A stretch of DNA of 64,000 bases from Eledone cirrhosa (taxonomy: Eukaryota). The stretch covers positions 109,723-173,722 of the forward strand of contig CAXHJY010001001.1 of assembly GCA_964016885.1 (NCBI GenBank). The letters are read 5' to 3'. Below, in pieces: positions 51,401 to 64,000 of this stretch. The position numbers were made by a program, and so were the translations under genes. The notes beneath the pieces are model-generated. The model did no database searches and had not been told where the DNA came from. It saw only the letters and a list, made by a program, of their open reading frames with translations. Numbering within the stretch: position 1 is the stretch's first letter; each line of letters begins with the position of its first letter.

Positions 51401-54400
51401 AGTGGCCCAGCTGGAGCAGTGATATATTACAGTAGAGTGACCCAGCTGGAGCAGTGATATATTACAGTAGAGTGTCCCAGCTGGAGCAGTGATATATTAC
51501 AGTAGAGTGACCCAGCTGGAGCAGTGATATATTACAGTAGAGTGGCCCAGCTGGAGCAGTGATATAATACAGTAGAGTGACCCAGCTGGAGCAGTGATAT
51601 ATTACAGTAGAGTGGCCCAGCTGGAGCAGTGATATATTACAGTAGAGTGACCCAGCTGGAGCAGTGATATATTACAGTAGAGTGGCCCAGCTGGAGCAGT
51701 GATATATTACAGTAGAGTGGCCCAGCTGGAGCAGTGATATATTACAGTAGAGTGGCCCAGCTGGAGCAGTGATATATTACAGTAGACTGGCCCAGCTGGA
51801 GCAGTGATATATTACAGTAGGGTGGCCCAGCTGGAGCAGTGATATATTGCAGTAGACTGGCCCAGCTGGAGCAGTGATATATTACAGTAGAGTGACCCAG
51901 CTGGAGCAGTGATATATTACAGTAGAGTGGCCCAGCTGGAGCAGTGATATATTACAGTAGACTGGCCCAGCTGGAGCAGTGATATATTACAGTAGAGTGG
52001 CCCAGCTGGAGCAGTGATATATTACAGTAGAGTGGCCCAGCTGGAGCAGTGATATATTACAGTAGAGTGGCCCAGCTCGAGCAGTGATATAATACAGTAG
52101 AGTGGCCCAGCTGGAGCAGTGATATATTACAGTAGAGTGGCCCAGCTGGAGCAGTGATATAATACAGTAGACTGGCCCAGCTGGAGCAGTGATATATTAC
52201 AGTATAGTGGCCCAGCTGGAGCAGTGATATATTACAGTAGACTGGCCCAGCTGGAGCAGTGATATATTACAGTATAGTGGCCCAGCTGGAGCAGTGATAT
52301 ATTACAGTAAACTGGCCCAGCTGGAGCAGTGATATATTACAGTACAGTGGCCCAGCTGGAGCAGTGATATATTACAGTAGACTGGCCCAGCTGGAGCAGT
52401 GATATATTACAGTAGAGTGGCCCAGCTGGAGCAGTGATATATTACAGTAGACTGGCCCAGCTGGAGCAGTGATATATTACAGTAGACTGGCCCAGCTGGA
52501 GCAGTGATATATTACAGTAGAGTGGCCCAGCTGGAGCAGTGATATAATACAGTAGAGTGGCCCAGCTGGAGCAGTGATATAATACAGTAGAGTGGCCCAG
52601 CTGGAGCAGTGATATATTACAGTAGAGTGGCCCAGCTGGAGCAGTGCTATATTACAGTAGAGTGGCCCAGCTGGAGCAGTGATATATTACAGTAGACTGG
52701 CCCAGCTGGAGCAGTGATATATTACAGTAGAGTGGCCCAGCTGGAGCAGTGATATATTACAGTAGAGTGGCCCAGCTGGAGCAGTGATATATTACAATAG
52801 AGTGGCCCAGCTGGAGCAGTGATATATTACAGTAGACTGGCCCAGCTGGAGCAGTGATATATTACAGTAGAGTGGCCCAGCTGGAGCAGTGATATATTAC
52901 AGTAGAGTGGCCCAGCTGGTGCAGTGATATATTACAGTAGAGTGACCCAGCTGGAGCAGTGATATATTACAGTAGACTGGCCCAGCTGGAGCAGTGATAT
53001 ATTACAGTAGAGTGGCCCAGCTGGAGCAGTGATATATTACAGTAGAGTGGCCCAGCTGGAGCAGTGATATATTACAGTAGAGTGACCCAGCTGGAGCAGT
53101 GATATATTACAGTAGACTGGCCCAGCTGGAGCAGTGATATATTACAGTAGAGTGGCCCAGCTGGGGCAGTGATATATTACAGTAGAGTGACCCAGCTGGA
53201 GCAGTGATATATTACAGTAGACTGGCCAGCTGGAGCAGTGATATATTACAGTAGAGTGGCCCAGCTGGAGCAGTGATATATTACAGTAGAGTGGCCCAGC
53301 TGGTGCAGTGATATATTACAGTAGAGTGACCCAGCTGGAGCAGTGATATATTACAGTAGACTGGCCCAGCTGGAGCGCAGTGATATATTACAGTAGAGTG
53401 GCCCAGCTGGAGCAGTGATATATTACAGTAGAGTGGCCCAGCTGGAGCAGTGATATATTACAGTAGAGTGACCCAGCTGGAGCAGTGATATATTACAGTA
53501 GACTGGCCCAGCTGGAGCAGTGATATATTACAGTAGAGTGGCCCAGCTGGAGCAGTGATATATTACAGTAGAGTGACCCAGCTGGAGCAGTGATATATTA
53601 CAGTAGACTGGCCCAGCTGGAGCAGTGATATATTACAGTAGAGTGGCCCAGCTGGAGCAGTGATATATTACAGTAGAGTGGCCCCAGCTGGAGCAGTGCT
53701 ATATTACAGTAGAGTGGCCCAGCTGGAGCAGTGATATATTACAGTAGACTGGCCCAGCTGGAGCAGTGATATATTACAGTAGACTGGCCCAGCTGGAGCA
53801 GTGATATATTACAGTAGAGTGGCCCAGCTGGAGCAGTGCTATATTACAGTAGAGTGACCCAGCTGGAGCAGTGATATATTACAGTAGAGTGTCCCAGCTG
53901 GAGCAGTGATATATTACAGTAGAGTGACCCAGCTGGAGCAGTGATATATTACAGTAGAGTGGCCCAGCTGGAGCAGTGATATAATACAGTAGAGTGACCC
54001 AGCTGGAGCAGTGATATATTACAGTAGAGTGGCCCAGCTGGAGCAGTGATATATTACAGTAGAGTGACCCAGCTGGAGCAGTGATATATTACAGTAGAGT
54101 GGCCCAGCTGGAGCAGTGATATATTACAGTAGAGTGGCCCAGCTGGAGCAGTGATATATTACAGTAGAGTGGCCCAGCTGGAGCAGTGATATATTACAGT
54201 AGACTGGCCCAGCTGGAGCAGTGATATATTACAGTAGGGTGGCCCAGCTGGAGCAGTGATATATTGCAGTAGACTGGCCCAGCTGGAGCAGTGATATATT
54301 ACAGTAGAGTGACCCAGCTGGAGCAGTGATATATTACAGTAGAGTGGCCCAGCTGGAGCAGTGATATATTACAGTAGACTGGCCCAGCTGGAGCAGTGAT

Positions 54401-55158
54401 ATATTACAGTAGAGTGGCCCAGCTGGAGCAGTGATATATTACAGTAGAGTGGCCCAGCTGGAGCAGTGATATATTACAGTAGAGTGGCCCAGCTCGAGCA
54501 GTGATATAATACAGTAGAGTGGCCCAGCTGGAGCAGTGATATATTACAGTAGAGTGGCCCAGCTGGAGCAGTGATATAATACAGTAGACTGGCCCAGCTG
54601 GAGCAGTGATATATTACAGTATAGTGGCCCAGCTGGAGCAGTGATATATTACAGTAGACTGGCCCAGCTGGAGCAGTGATATATTACAGTATAGTGGCCC
54701 AGCTGGAGCAGTGATATATTACAGTAAACTGGCCCAGCTGGAGCAGTGATATATTACAGTACAGTGGCCCAGCTGGAGCAGTGATATATTACAGTAGACT
54801 GGCCCAGCTGGAGCAGTGATATATTACAGTAGAGTGGCCCAGCTGGAGCAGTGATATATTACAGTAGACTGGCCCAGCTGGAGCAGTGATATATTACAGT
54901 AGACGTGGCCCAGCTGGAGCAGTGATATATTACAGTAGAGTGGCCCAGCTGGAGCAGTGATATAATACAGTAGAGTGGCCCAGCTGGAGCAGTGATATAA
55001 TACAGTAGAGTGGCCCAGCTGGAGCAGTGATATATTACAGTAGAGTGGCCCAGCTGGAGCAGTGCTATATTACAGTAGAGTGGCCCAGCTGGAGCAGTGA
55101 TATATTACAGTAGACTGGCCCAGCTGGAGCAGTGATATATTACAGTAGAGTGGCCCAG
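36492..55158 (+). repeat. 35-bp satellite (CAGTAGAGTGGCCCAGCTGGAGCAGTGATATATTA), ~530 copies, forward orientation
   Basis: Strict 35-bp period, CAGCTG in nearly every unit, segmental higher-order duplications. Confidence 0.98.
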
Positions 55159-55228
55159 CTGGGCCACTCTACTGTAATATATCACTGCTCCAGCTGGAGC
55201 AGTGATATATTACAGTAGAGTGGCCCAG

Positions 55229-58200
55229 CTGGGCCACTCTACTGTAATATATCACTGCTCCAGCTGGGCCAGCTCTACTGTAATATATCACTGCTCCAGC
55301 TGGGCCACTCTACTGTAATATATCACTGCTCCAGCTGGGCCACTCTACTGTAATATATCACTGCTCCAGCTGGGCCACTCTACTGTATTATATCACTGCT
55401 CCAGCTGGGCCACTCTACTGTAATATATCACTGCTCCAGCTGGGCCACTCTACTGTAATATATCACTGCTCCAGCTGGGCCAGCTCTACTGTAATATAAT
55501 CACTGCTCCCAGCTGGGCCAGTCTACTGTAATATATCACTGCTCCAGCTGGGCCACTCTACTGTAATATATCACTGCTCCAGCTGGGCCAGTCTACTGTA
55601 ATATATCACTGCTCCAGCTGGGCCACTGTACTGTAATATATCACTGCTCCAGCTGGGCCAGTTCTACTGTAATATATCACTGCTCCAGCTGGGCCACTAT
55701 ACTGTAATATATCACTGCTCCAGCTGGGCCAGTCTACTGTAATATATCACTGCTCCAGCTGGGCCACTATACTGTAATATATCACTGCTCCAGCTGGGCC
55801 AGTCTACTGTATTATATCACTGCTCCAGCTGGGCCACTCTACTGTAATATATCACTGCTCCAGCTGGGCCACTCTACTGTATTATATCACTGCTCGAGCT
55901 GGGCCACTCTACTGTAATATATCACTGCTCCAGCTGGGCCACTCTACTGTAATATATCACTGCTCCAGCTGGGCCACTCTACTGTAATATATTCACTGCT
56001 CCAGCTGGGCCAGTCTACTGTAATATATCACTGCTCCAGCTGGGCCACTCTACTGTAATATATCACTGCTCCAGCTGGGTCACTCTACTGTAATATATCA
56101 CTGCTCCAGCTGGGCCAGTCTACTGCAATAATATCACTGCTCCAGCTGGGCCACCCTACTGTAATATATCACTGCTCCAGCTGGGCCAGTCTACTGTAAT
56201 ATATCACTGCTCCAGCTGGGCCACTCTACTGTAATATATCACTGCTCCAGCTGGGCCACTCTACTGTAATATATCACTGCTCCAGCTGGGCCACTCTACT
56301 GTAATATATCACTGCTCCAGCTGGGTCACTCTACTGTAATATATCACTGCTCCAGCTGGGCCACTCTACTGTAATATATCACTGCTCCAGCTGGGTCACT
56401 CTACTGTATTATATCACTGCTCCAGCTGGGCCACTCTACTGTAATATATCACTGCTCCAGCTGGGTCACTCTACTGTAATATATCACTGCTCCAGCTGGG
56501 ACACTCTACTGTAATATATCACTGCTCCAGCTGGGTCACTCTACTGTAATATAGCACTGCTCCAGCTGGGCCACTCTACTGTAATATATCACTGCTCCAG
56601 CTGGGCCAGTCTACTGTAATATATCACTGCTCCAGCTGGGCCAGTCTACTGTAATATATCACTGCTCCAGCTGGGCCACTCTACTGTAATATAGCACTGC
56701 TCCAGCTGGGCCACTCTACTGTAATATATCACTGCTCCAGCTGGGCCACTCTACTGTAATATATCACTGCTCCAGCTGGGCCAGTCTACTGTAATATATC
56801 ACTGCTCCAGCTGGGTCACTCTACTGTAATATATCACTGCTCCAGCTGGGCCACTCTACTGTAATATATCACTGCTCCAGCTGGGCCAGTCTACTGTAAT
56901 ATATCACTGCTCCAGCTGGGTCACTCTACTGTAATATATCACTGCTCCAGCTGGGCCACTCTACTGTAATATATCACTGCTCCAGCTGGGCCACTCTACT
57001 GTAATATATCACTGCTCCAGCTGGGCCAGTCTACTGTAATATATCACTGCTCCAGCTGGGTCACTCTACTGTAATATATCACTGCACCAGCTGGGCCACT
57101 CTACTGTAATATATCACTGCTCCAGCTGGGCCACTCTACTGTAATATATCACTGCTCCAGCTGGCCAGTCTACTGTAATATATCACTGCTCCAGCTGGGT
57201 CACTCTACTGTAATATATCACTGCCCCAGCTGGGCCACTCTACTGTAATATATCACTGCTCCAGCTGGGCCAGTCTACTGTAATATATCACTGCTCCAGC
57301 TGGGTCACTCTACTGTAATATATCACTGCTCCAGCTGGGCCACTCTACTGTAATATATCACTGCTCCAGCTGGGCCACTCTACTGTAATATATCACTGCT
57401 CCAGCTGGGCCAGTCTACTGTAATATATCACTGCTCCAGCTGGGTCACTCTACTGTAATATATCACTGCACCAGCTGGGCCACTCTACTGTAATATATCA
57501 CTGCTCCAGCTGGGCCACTCTACTGTAATATATCACTGCTCCAGCTGGGCCAGTCTACTGTAATATATCACTGCTCCAGCTGGGCCACTCTATTGTAATA
57601 TATCACTGCTCCAGCTGGGCCACTCTACTGTAATATATCACTGCTCCAGCTGGGCCACTCTACTGTAATATATCACTGCTCCAGCTGGGCCAGTCTACTG
57701 TAATATATCACTGCTCCAGCTGGGCCACTCTACTGTAATATAGCACTGCTCCAGCTGGGCCACTCTACTGTAATATATCACTGCTCCAGCTGGGCCACTC
57801 TACTGTATTATATCACTGCTCCAGCTGGGCCACTCTACTGTATTATATCACTGCTCCAGCTGGGCCACTCTACTGTAATATATCACTGCTCCAGCTGGGC
57901 CAGTCTACTGTAATATATCACTGCTCCAGCTGGGCCAGTCTACTGTAATATATCACTGCTCCAGCTGGGCCACTCTACTGTAATATATCACTGCTCCAGC
58001 TGGGCCAGTCTACTGTAATATATCACTGCTCCAGCTGGGCCACTGTACTGTAATATATCACTGCTCCAGCTGGGCCAGTTTACTGTAATATATCACTGCT
58101 CCAGCTGGGCCACTATACTGTAATATATCACTGCTCCAGCTGGGCCAGTCTACTGTAATATATCACTGCTCCAGCTGGGCCACTATACTGTAATATATCA

Positions 58201-61200
58201 CTGCTCCAGCTGGGCCAGTCTACTGTATTATATCACTGCTCCAGCTGGGCCACTCTACTGTAATATATCACTGCTCCAGCTGGGCCACTCTACTGTATTA
58301 TATCACTGCTCGAGCTGGGCCACTCTACTGTAATATATCACTGCTCCAGCTGGGCCACTCTACTGTAATATATCACTGCTCCAGCTGGGCCACTCTACTG
58401 TAATATATCACTGCTCCAGCTGGGCCAGTCTACTGTAATATATCACTGCTCCAGCTGGGCCACTCTACTGTAATATATCACTGCTCCAGCTGGGTCACTC
58501 TACTGTAATATATCACTGCTCCAGCTGGGCCAGTCTACTGCAATATATCACTGCTCCAGCTGGGCCACCCTACTGTAATATATCACTGCTCCAGCTGGGC
58601 CAGTCTACTGTAATATATCACTGCTCCAGCTGGGCCACTCTACTGTAATATATCACTGCTCCAGCTGGGCCACTCTACTGTAATATATCACTGCTCCAGC
58701 TGGGCCACTCTACTGTAATATATCACTGCTCCAGCTGGGTCACTCTACTGTAATATATCACTGCTCCAGCTGGGCCACTCTACTGTAATATATCACTGCT
58801 CCAGCTGGGTCACTCTACTGTATTATATCACTGCTCCAGCTGGGCCACTCTACTGTAATATATCACTGCTCCAGCTGGGTCACTCTACTGTAATATATCA
58901 CTGCTCCAGCTGGGACACTCTACTGTAATATATCACTGCTCCAGCTGGGTCACTCTACTGTAATATATCACTGCTCCAGCTGGGCCACTCTACTGTAATA
59001 TATCACTGCTCCAGCTGGGCCACTCTACTGTAATATATCACTGCTCCAGCTGGGCCACTCTACTGTAATATATCACTGCTCCAGCTGGGCCAGTCTACTG
59101 TAATATATCACTGTTCCAGCTGGGCCAGTCTACTGTAATATATTACTGCTCCAGCTGGGCCAGTCTACTGTATTATATCACTGCTCCAGCTGGGCCACTC
59201 TACTGTATTATATCACTGCTCCAGCTGGGCCACTCTACTGTATTATATCACTGCTCCAGCTGGGCCACTCTACTGTAATATATCACTGCTCCAGATAGGG
59301 CAGGTCTACTGTAATATAGCACTGCTCCAGCTGGGCCACTCTACTGTAATATATCACTGCTCCAGCTGGGCCAGTCTACTGTAATATATCACTGTTCCAG
59401 CTGGGCCAGTCTACTGTAATATATTACTGCTCCAGCTGGGCCAGTCTACTTTAATATATCACTGCTCCAGCTGGGCCACTCTACTGTATTATATCACTGC
59501 TCCAGCTGGGCCACTCTACTGTAATATATCACTGCTCCAGCTGGGTCACTCTACTGTAATATATCACTGCTCCAGCTGGGCCAGTCTACTGTAATATATC
59601 ACTGTTCCAGCTGGGCCAGTCTACTGTAATATATTACTGCTCCAGCTGGGCCACTCTACTGTATTATATCACTGCTCCAGCTGGGCCACTCTACTGTAAT
59701 ATATCACTGCTCCAGCTGGGCCACTCTACTGTATTATATCACTGCTCCAGCTGGGCCTCTCTACTGTAATATATCACTGCTCCAGCTGGGCCACTCTACT
59801 GTAATATATCACTGCTCCAGCTTGGCCAGTCTACTGTATTATATCACTGCTCCAGCTGGGCCACTCTACTGTATTATATCACTGCTCCAGCTGTGCCACT
59901 CTACTGTATTATATCACTGCTCCAGCTGGGCCACTCTACTGTATTATATCACTGCTCCCAGCTGTGCCACTCTACTGTATTATATCACTGCTCCAGCTGG
60001 GCCACTCTACTGTATTATATCACTGCTCCAGCTGGGCCACTCTACTGTAATATATCACTGCTCCAGCTGGGCCAGTCTACTGTATTATATCACTGCTCCA
60101 GCTGGGCCACTCTACTGCATTATATCACTGCTCCAGCTGTGCCACTCTACTGTATTATATCACTGCTCCAGCTGGGCCACTCTACTGTATTATATCACTG
60201 CTCCAGCTGTGCCACTCTACTGTATTATATCACTGCTCCAGCTGGGCCACTCTACTGTATTATATCACTGCTCCAGCTGGGCCACTCTACTGTAATATAT
60301 CACCTGTTCCAGCTGGGCCAGTCTACTGTAATCTATCACTGCTCCAGCTGGGCCACTCTACTGTAATATATCACTGCTCCAGCTGGGCCACTCTACTGTA
60401 ATATATCACTGCTCCAGCTGGGCCAGTCTACTGTAATATATCACTGCTCCAGCTGGGCCAGTCTACTGTATTATATCACTGCTCCAGCTGGGCCACTCTA
60501 CTGTAATATATCACTGCTCCATCTGGGTCACTCTACTGTATTATATCACTGCTCCAGCTGGGCCAGTCTACTGTAATATATCACTGCTCTAGCTGGGCAA
60601 CTCTACTGTATTATATCACTGCTCCAGCTGGGCAACTCTACTGTATTATATCACTGCTCCAGCTGGGCCAGTCTACTGTATTATATCACTGCTCCAGCTG
60701 GGCAACTCTACTGTAATATAGCACTGCTCCAGCTGGGCCAGTCTACTGTAATATATCACTGCTCCAGCTGGGCCACTATACTGTAATATATCACTGCTCC
60801 AGCTGGGCAACTCTACTGTAATATATCACTGCTCCAGCTGGGCCAGTCTACTGTAATATATCACTGCTCCAGCTGGGCCACTCTACTGTAATATAGCACT
60901 GCTCCAGCTGGGCCAGTCTACTGTAATATATCACTGCTCCAGCTGGGTCACTCTACTGTAATATAGCACTGCTCCAGCTGGGCCAGTCTACTGTAATATA
61001 TCACTGCTCCAGCTGGGCAACTCTACTGTAATATATCACTGCTCCAGCTGGGCCAGTCTACTGCAATATATCACTGCTCCAGCTGGGCCACCCTACTGTA
61101 ATATATCACTGCTCCAGCTGGGCCAGTCTACTGTAATATATCACTGCTCCAGCTGGGCCACTCTACTGTAATATATCACTGCTCCAGCTGGGCCACTCTA

Positions 61201-64000
61201 CTGTAATATATCACTGCTCCAGCTGGGCCACTCTACTGTAATATATCACTGCTCCAGCTGGTCCACTCTACTGTAATATATCACTGCTCCAGCTGGGCAC
61301 TCTACTGTAATATATCACTGCTCCAGCTGGGTCCACTCTACTGTAATTATATCACTGCTCCAGCTGGGCCACTCTACTGTAATATATCACTGCTCCAGCT
61401 GGGCCAGTCTACTGTAATATATCACTGTTCCAGCTGGGCCAGTCTACTGTAATATATTACTGCTCCAGCTGGGCCACTCTACTGTATTATATCACTGCTC
61501 CAGCTGGGCCACTCTACTGTAATATATCACTGCTCCAGCTGGGCCACTCTACTGTATTATATCACTGCTCCAGCTGGGCCTCTCTACTGTAATATATCAC
61601 TGCTCCAGCTGGGCCACTCTACTGTAATATATCACTGCTCCAGCTTGGCCAGTCTACTGTATTATATCACTGCTCCAGCTGGGCCACTCTACTGTATTAT
61701 ATCACTGCTCCAGCTGTGCCACTCTACTGTATTATATCACTGCTCCAGCTGGGCCACTCTACTGTATTATATCACTGCTCCAGCTGTGCCACTCTACTGT
61801 ATTATATCACTGCTCCAGCTGGGCCACTCTACTGTATTATATCACTGCTCCAGCTGGGCCACTCTACTGTAATATATCACTGCTCCAGCTGGGCCAGTCT
61901 ACTGTATTATATCACTGCTCCAGCTGGGCCACTCTACTGCATTATATCACTGCTCCAGCTGTGCCACTCTACTGTATTATATCACTGCTCCAGCTGGGCC
62001 ACTCTACTGTATTATATCACTGCTCCAGCTGTGCCACTCTACTGTATTATATCACTGCTCCAGCTGGGCCACTCTACTGTATTATATCACTGCTCCAGCT
62101 GGGCCACTCTACTGTAATATATCACTGTTCCAGCTGGGCCAGTCTACTGTAATCTATCACTGCTCCAGCTGGGCCACTCTACTGTAATATATCACTGCTC
62201 CAGCTGGGCCACTCTACTGTAATATATCACTGCTCCAGCTGGGCCAGTCTACTGTAATATATCACTGCTCCAGCTGGGCCAGTCTACTGTATTATATCAC
62301 TGCTCCAGCTGGGCCACTCTACTGTAATATATCACTGCTCCATCTGGGTCACTCTACTGTATTATATCACTGCTCCAGCTGGGCCAGTCTACTGTAATAT
62401 ATCACTGCTCTAGCTGGGCAACTCTACTGTATTATATCACTGCTCCAGCTGGGCAACTCTACTGTATTATATCACTGCTCCAGCTGGGCCAGTCTACTGT
62501 ATTATATCACTGCTCCAGCTGGGCAACTCTACTGTAATATAGCACTGCTCCAGCTGGGCCAGTCTACTGTAATATATCACTGCTCCAGCTGGGCCACTAT
62601 ACTGTAATATATCACCTGCTCCAGCTGGGCAACTCTACTGTAATATATCACTGCTCCAGCTGGGCCAGTCTACTGTAATATATCACTGCTCCAGCTGGGC
62701 CACTCTACTGTAATATAGCACTGCTCCAGCTGGGCCAGTCTACTGTAATATATCACTGCTCCAGCTGGGTCACTCTACTGTAATATAGCACTGCTCCAGC
62801 TGGGCCAGTCTACTGTAATATATCACTGCTCCAGCTGGGCAACTCTACTGTAATATATCACTGCTCCAGCTGGGCCAGTCTACTGCAATATATCACTGCT
62901 CCAGCTGGGCCACCCTACTGTAATATATCACTGCTCCAGCTGGGCCAGTCTACTGTAATATATCACTGCTCCAGCTGGGCCACTCTACTGTAATATATCA
63001 CTGCTCCAGCTGGGCCACTCTACTGTAATATATCACTGCTCCAGCTGGGCCACTCTACTGTAATATATCACTGCTCCAGCTGGGTCACTCTACTGTAATA
63101 TATCACTGCTCCAGCTGGGCCACTCTACTGTAATATATCACTGCTCCAGCTGGGTCACTCTACTGTATTATATCACTGCTCCAGCTGGGCCACTCTACTG
63201 TAATATATCACTGCTCCAGCTGGGCCAGTCTACTGTAATATATTACTGCTCCAGCTGGGCCACTCTACTGTAATATATCACTGCTCCAGCTGGGTCACTC
63301 TACTGTAATATATCACTGCTCCAGCTGGGACACTCTACTGTAATATATCACTGCTCCAGCTGGGCCAGTCTACTGTAATATAGCACTGCTCCAGCTGGGC
63401 CACTCTACTGTAATATATCACTGCTCCAGCTGGGCCAGTCTACTGTAATATATCACTGCTCCAGCTGTGCCAGTCTACTGTAATATATCACTGCTCCAGC
63501 TGGGTCACTCTACTGTAATATATCACTGCTCCAGCTGGGCCACTCTACTGTAATATATCACTGCTCCAGCTGGGCCACTCTACTGTAATATATCACTGCT
63601 CCAGCTGGGCAACTGGGCCTCTACTGTAATATATCACTGCTCCAGCTGGGCCAGTCTACTGTAATATATCACTGTTCCAGCTGGGCCAGTCTACTGTAAT
63701 ATATCACTGCTCCAGCTGGGCCAGTCTACTGTATTATATCACTGCTCCAGCTGGGCCACTCTACTGTATTATATCACTGCTCCAGCTGGGCCACTCTACT
63801 GTATTATATCACTGCTCCAGCTGGGCCACTCTACTGTAATATATCACTGCTCCAGATAGGGCAGGTCTACTGTAATATAGCACTGCTCCAGCTGGGCCAC
63901 TCTACTGTAATATATCACTGCTCCAGCTGGGCCAGTCTACTGTAATATATCACTGTTCCAGCTGGGCCAGTCTACTGTAATATATTACTGCTCCAGCTGG
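55229..64000 (-). repeat. Same 35-bp satellite in reverse orientation, ~250 copies, mirror image of ~46390-55158, open at window end
   Basis: Rare variants mirror about ~55193: CCTGCCCTATCTGG at 51086 and 46535 vs CCAGATAGGGCAGG at 59291 and 63852. Confidence 0.97.

Noticed and set aside
40297-62152. ORFs within the 35-bp satellite
   Set aside because: Arise only where a TATTAC to AATAC variant removes a stop; they mark duplicated blocks, not genes.
36492-64000. CRISPR-like array (35-bp repeat with internal palindrome), also the 34-bp array at 1-5657
   Set aside because: Units are head-to-tail with no unique spacers, no cas genes, and the context is eukaryotic.

Overview
Gene-poor, repeat-saturated eukaryotic (animal) DNA. 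The SINE families and the (TA)n/(TG)n load resemble octopus/cephalopod genomes, which is an inference from memory. No intact host protein-coding gene is supported: almost every ORF in the track is a translation of a micro- or minisatellite. The window contains a 34-bp satellite with a 2952-bp higher-order repeat (1-5.65 kb) and minisatellites of 72, 48, 51, 48, 51, 52, 47/43 and ~82 bp. A 27.5-kb 35-bp satellite (36.5-64 kb) folds back on itself at ~55,193 into a near-perfect palindrome with arms >=8.8 kb, which may be an assembly artefact. Mobile elements are two tRNA-derived SINE families, an internally deleted Tigger/pogo transposon, a CR1-type LINE 3' fragment and a TTAA/CCC-ended MITE. 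The least obvious signal is a set of sequence-unrelated type I hammerhead-ribozyme motifs of the Penelope-like-element kind, found in the short unique islands between (TA)n tracts. Two have intact cores (32012-32054 minimal; 9321-9475 with a ~116-nt helix II) and several are degenerate, three of them inside inverted repeats. At least two or three minisatellites appear to have been seeded from pieces of mobile elements. Coordinates were counted by eye and may be off by a few bases.
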